DNA from: a virus
Reading direction: 5' to 3' (one strand)
DNA length: 64,000 nt
IMG/VR virus record: IMGVR_UViG_3300030294_000015
Location: 30,153 to 94,152 of that record
Shown: in pieces, positions 60,154-64,000 of the stretch
Numbering within the stretch: the first letter of the stretch is position 1
How the letters are laid out: every line of letters starts with the position of its first letter
Made by a program: the position numbers and the translations under genes
Notes under the pieces: generated by a model
Told to the model about the DNA's origin: nothing
What the model saw: only the letters and a program-made list of their open reading frames with translations
Database searches by the model: none

Positions 60154-61188
60154 TTAAAATAATGATGAGCCATCATTATCATCTATAGAATTAACTGGAG
60201 CTGAATCTATTATATCATCAGCTTCAAACTTTTTAGAAGCTTCTTTTTTTGCTTCAGAAGTTGCTTTATTATCAGCAGATTTCATCTTAATAGCAACTAC
60301 ATCAGCAACCTTTGCAAATTTTTCTGCAATATCATGTTGTTTCTTTGCTATCATCTTTTTCTTATCAGGATCTAATGATGATGAACTTTCTACTCTATAA
60401 GCATTAGCCTGTAATAATTCAGCTTGTAAGTCAAAATAATCTGAAATCTTTGTTCTTATATAGAAGAAGAAGAATATTAATTCTCTAGTCATAGGAATTA
60501 TATTCATTACTATAGCAATCAAAGCACCTCCAGATAATGCTCCTATTGCTAATGAAGATCCTAATAACCCTTTTTCTTTACTATATCCAGATAATACATA
60601 TGCTAAAGACTTTTGGAAATCACCTTTACTACATGATTTATTAAATCTATCTAGATTTCTAAATAATAAATGATCTCTAGATTTATTTAAGGATATCTTA
60701 TCTAATTCTAAATCAAAATTATCAGCATTAGGAGATTTAATAAATTCTACACATGTTGATATTAATAAAGAAGTAGCAGATACAACTGATAACACGTATG
60801 TATTATAAAGTACCATAGGCATCTCCACATTTAGCATAAATCCTTTTACAAAAGCATTCTTATTTTCTTCAATATTTTGAATAGCTTTATAAATAGTATT
60901 TACAGAATCTTGATTTCCTTTAAATTCAGTAATCAATCCTGATATAATATCTAATGAATCTAATGTAGATTTATATCCACTATAAGTAGTAATATCACCT
61001 TTGGATTTTTCAATATCACCAAAATCTATATCATCAAATTTTTCTCCAATTAACTTCTGATATAATCTATCACATAATACAGTTATAGAGTTTTTCTGTT
61101 CAACTTCATTCATAGCTGTTATAACTCTTAATGTATCCATATTAAATATATTAAAATGCTCTTGTATAACTTGATCATATATACTCAT
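60154..61188 (-). CDS. Virion structural protein with a hydrophobic segment
   Basis: Late operon; GLLGSSLAIGALSGGALIAIVMNII segment. Confidence 0.55.
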   Translation of the reverse strand: MSIYDQVIQEHFNIFNMDTLRVITAMNEVEQKNSITVLCDRLYQKLIGEKFDDIDFGDIEKSKGDITTYSGYKSTLDSLDIISGLITEFKGNQDSVNTIYKAIQNIEENKNAFVKGFMLNVEMPMVLYNTYVLSVVSATSLLISTCVEFIKSPNADNFDLELDKISLNKSRDHLLFRNLDRFNKSCSKGDFQKSLAYVLSGYSKEKGLLGSSLAIGALSGGALIAIVMNIIPMTRELIFFFFYIRTKISDYFDLQAELLQANAYRVESSSSLDPDKKKMIAKKQHDIAEKFAKVADVVAIKMKSADNKATSEAKKEASKKFEADDIIDSAPVNSIDDNDGSSLF

Positions 61189-61207
61189 TTATATTTCCTC
61201 CTTTCTA

Positions 61208-63352
61208 TTATCTCATTTTAGACATAAGATTAACAATCTTTCTATAATCATTACCTTTATCTTCTCTTTCTAATGATCTGAAAGATAATTCTTCGTAAAG
61301 ATCATCACCAGTATCAAAAATAAATTTTCCAACTTCATTTATTTCATCAAATATAGAAAAACACATTAAATTATATGCTTCCATAATAGGTCTTATAACC
61401 TTTGGATCTTCTACATCTATGTCTTGCGATTTCTTTAAGTATTCTACTTCTTCTTGAGTAATAGCTAAAGAAGTTATAGCAGAAGCATCATTAATAGAAC
61501 CTATTGTTCTTTTAATTCTACTCTTTATACCTCTTCTTATTAGTACTTTCCAAAGTTTAGAAGAAGAACCTTTTCTAGATTGTGATAATGCATCTAACTT
61601 AGCTTGGTCTACAGCAAATAAGAAATCTCTAAAGAAAGATATTTCTCTAGTACTAGCTTTGATAAGTCCTATTAACCAATTTTTATCTATATGTTTAATA
61701 GCAATTCTTTTCATTATATCATCTGAATTAACAGGATATAATTTTGCTTTAACACCAATAACAGATTGAGCTTGAATTGGTCTACCACCATTTTCACCTT
61801 TAGATACATAGTTTACTATCATAGTAGTTGGTACTAATTCATTAGGTTTTTTAACATCATTATCTAATAATTGATTCTTTAAATAATCAATATTATTACG
61901 TACTTTATCTGAATTAAATCTATCTCTATCTAAAGTCATTTTATCTGTAAACTTATCATCTTCTCTTTCATCTCTTTTTTCTCTATACTCTTGATTAGCG
62001 TCATATCTATCATCATCTATTTTATCTCTTTTTTCTCTATGGGTGTAATCTTTATTTTTAAATTCTAAATCATTATTAGCTTTAGACTTTTGAAATGTTA
62101 AATTATCAGCATTATGTTGATTAGTTGTATCATTTTGTTTAACAGTTTGATTATATGATCTATCAGATTGAGAATTCTTTATATAATCTTGATGTGATTT
62201 GTATGTGTTGTCAGCTGCATTAAGTCCTCTTTGATATAAATCTTTACTAGCACTCATATTATTATTTATACCATTTTGTCTTGCTTGAAGATCAGCTTTA
62301 TCTACATTTAATGCATAAGTTGGATTTTCCATATATTCATCTTCATCAAAATAAATACCATTTGCTGTTGTACCTTCTTTAACAGCTTGTTTTTTCATAG
62401 CAAACATAGCATCTCTATCTTTTCTATCTATATCTATAGAATAAATAGGATCTTTACCATATCTTCTATCATCATAAGGAATTCCATGCAAAGTGTATCT
62501 AGTATTACCAGTTCCATTTAAATTAGTATATTCTTCTTTAACAGCTTGTTTTTTCATAGTAAACATAGCTTGTCTATCTAATTTATCTATCATCAAAGAA
62601 TATTGTGGATCTCTACTATATTTAATATCATCATATGGTATACCATGAGATGTTACTCTTTTCATACCAACAATATTTAAAGGATTATAAAATTCTTTAA
62701 CAGTTTCTTTTTTCTTTTTTTTATTAGAGTCTTCTGTATCTATAATACTATCGAGATAATCAATTTCATCATCATATAAACCAAAGTCATCCTTCTTTTC
62801 ATTTAAAACATATGATTCTTCTAATGAATATGGTGGTTTATATATAGTATAATCTGATAATGAATGACTCTCTTGTATACTTGATGGAAGATAGTTAGAT
62901 AGATTAGCTCTATCTATTAAATACATTTTATATAATTCTTCATTCTCTACTTTGACAGCACCTTCTAATACAAGATTATCCATCATATTCATAAACTTAT
63001 CAATTGACATTGAACCATCTAATTTTAAATTTGTATGGAAATTCTTTAGATATGATATACCATCTTCTGCATTAGTAATAGACAATGCAGAGAATAACAT
63101 TTGTAACATACTTACTGCTTTTCTCTCTATAGCTTTAGAATACATTGAAGATGTTTCTATAGACATTCCTCTAGATACTATACATGGAAACACTAATGTC
63201 AAATTTTGTGTAGCAGATGCAATAGATCTAAAACTCTTATTTTGTTTTCTATTATTTATAGCATCTACAATATCAGCATTTTTTAAATCATCTAGCATAT
63301 CAAGAACATCTCTAATTACTGTTTCATGTATCATTGTACAATAATTTATCAT
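61208..63352 (-). CDS. Virion structural protein with a central repeat/low-complexity insertion
   Basis: Late promoter 63379-63390; HGIPYDD...AMFxMKKQAVKE repeats. Confidence 0.6.
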   Translation of the reverse strand: MINYCTMIHETVIRDVLDMLDDLKNADIVDAINNRKQNKSFRSIASATQNLTLVFPCIVSRGMSIETSSMYSKAIERKAVSMLQMLFSALSITNAEDGISYLKNFHTNLKLDGSMSIDKFMNMMDNLVLEGAVKVENEELYKMYLIDRANLSNYLPSSIQESHSLSDYTIYKPPYSLEESYVLNEKKDDFGLYDDEIDYLDSIIDTEDSNKKKKKETVKEFYNPLNIVGMKRVTSHGIPYDDIKYSRDPQYSLMIDKLDRQAMFTMKKQAVKEEYTNLNGTGNTRYTLHGIPYDDRRYGKDPIYSIDIDRKDRDAMFAMKKQAVKEGTTANGIYFDEDEYMENPTYALNVDKADLQARQNGINNNMSASKDLYQRGLNAADNTYKSHQDYIKNSQSDRSYNQTVKQNDTTNQHNADNLTFQKSKANNDLEFKNKDYTHREKRDKIDDDRYDANQEYREKRDEREDDKFTDKMTLDRDRFNSDKVRNNIDYLKNQLLDNDVKKPNELVPTTMIVNYVSKGENGGRPIQAQSVIGVKAKLYPVNSDDIMKRIAIKHIDKNWLIGLIKASTREISFFRDFLFAVDQAKLDALSQSRKGSSSKLWKVLIRRGIKSRIKRTIGSINDASAITSLAITQEEVEYLKKSQDIDVEDPKVIRPIMEAYNLMCFSIFDEINEVGKFIFDTGDDLYEELSFRSLEREDKGNDYRKIVNLMSKMR

Positions 63353-63526
63353 TCTTATTCCTCCTAACTTGATTAAATTAATAATATGTTAAACTCCTTA
63401 AAATGTAGAAAAAATAAAGGTTAAGGGATATTATTAATATATTTATCAATATTATGTTTTAGATTAATACTTTAATATAAAAAATAAAAGAGGGAAGTTT
63501 ATCCCTCTTCTAATATGTATGTAATA

Positions 63527-63658
63527 TTAATAAATTCTCCACATCCAGATCTTTAAATATGTAATTTTACTTCTAATTCTTTTTAATTCTTCCATTATAC
63601 TTATTCTTTCATATGTAAGATTGTCGCCTATTATCATTTCCATTTCTACTGGGTTCAT
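63527..63658 (-). CDS. Small early protein (43 aa)
   Basis: RBS aaggag; MNPVEMEMIIGDNLTYERISIMEELKRIRSKITYLKIWMWRIY; early promoter 63719-63738; terminator 63488-63509. Confidence 0.6.
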   Translation of the reverse strand: MNPVEMEMIIGDNLTYERISIMEELKRIRSKITYLKIWMWRIY

Positions 63659-63791
63659 ATTTATCATCTCTCCTTAATTATGTAATAGTATTATGTCATA
63701 TTAATTGTTTCCTCCTTACATTATTATAATATATAATTCAAATATTTTTTGTATTGAAAACATTCCAATAATGTAAAAGGAGGTGTTTAAA

Positions 63792-64000
63792 ATGGCTTTT
63801 TCAATTTCATCAAGTGAAATTAAACAAATTAGATTAGCCTGTGGTTTATACGAAAGAGCTGATCTAGAATGGTATGATAAATTCTTTAGATATGGATGTT
63901 TAAATCCAGAAGATCAATTGACTACATCTAGAGAATATTTATTTTGGACTAAACCTGATTTAAATATATGTAATAGCGATGGTACTTTAAATAGTTCTAT
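63792..64000 (+). CDS. 5' part of a virion structural (tail tube/baseplate-like) protein (partial)
   Basis: Late promoter 63759-63770, RBS aaggagg; REYLFWTKPDLNI motif. Confidence 0.55.
   Translation, partial: MAFSISSSEIKQIRLACGLYERADLEWYDKFFRYGCLNPEDQLTTSREYLFWTKPDLNICNSDGTLNSS

Noticed and set aside
136-63344. Short antisense or overlapping ORFs in the track (e.g. 136..411, 889..1092, 4945..5127, 20242..20487, 21656..21967, 33455..33808, 54585..54863, 57017..57439, 62952..63344)
   Set aside because: Shadows of longer genes with F/L/I/S-rich composition typical of antisense AT-rich DNA and no RBS
27141-63699. 15-bp match atagtattatgtcat at 27141 and 63685, both near early promoters
   Set aside because: Only two copies, AT-rich, opposite orientation relative to transcription; chance cannot be excluded
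1-64000. CRISPR array, tRNA or rRNA genes
   Set aside because: No regularly spaced repeat-spacer units and no cloverleaf or rRNA-like GC-rich stretches seen by eye; tRNAscan was not run
1-64000. Phage nucleus shell (chimallin) or PhuZ tubulin genes
   Set aside because: No recognisable tubulin signature or chimallin-like ORF in this window; compartment ideas for the FMTR motif remain inference

Overview
64 kb segment of a very AT-rich jumbo myophage genome of the AR9/PBS1 (phiKZ-related) type. The host is probably a low-GC spore-forming Firmicute, inferred from strong AGGAGG RBSs and a Spo0A-like gene. Recognisable core genes: SF2 helicase, T4 gp21-like prohead protease, major capsid protein, GroEL-like chaperonin, a probable sigma-like subunit of the non-virion RNA polymerase, primase, a beta'-N RNA polymerase subunit, gp25/gp26-like baseplate genes, dCTP deaminase, RNA ligase, a PC4-like protein, a degenerate RecA and a tandem array of internal-head-protein paralogs. 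Two group I introns can be delimited from the sequence: one splits the sigma-like gene and carries an HNH ORF, the other splits the RNAP catalytic DY|DGD motif. Two recurrent promoter motifs are visible, early AATTRTATATTAT-N5-TG and late AAC(A/T/C)-N6-TA. The most unusual observations are: (1) a short FMTR peptide motif shared by the termini of unrelated, mostly DNA-acting proteins and conserved at protein rather than DNA level; (2) a 1008-aa multi-enzyme polyprotein cut into domains by putative prohead-protease sites, with an MG[R/I/F] leader shared with head proteins; (3) a probable programmed -1 frameshift in the gp26-like gene; (4) accessory genes flanked by duplicated terminator/RBS/start sequences; (5) early transcripts that begin with minigenes; (6) a stand-alone Spo0A-like DNA-binding domain. 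All family assignments are from motif recognition by eye; no searches were run.
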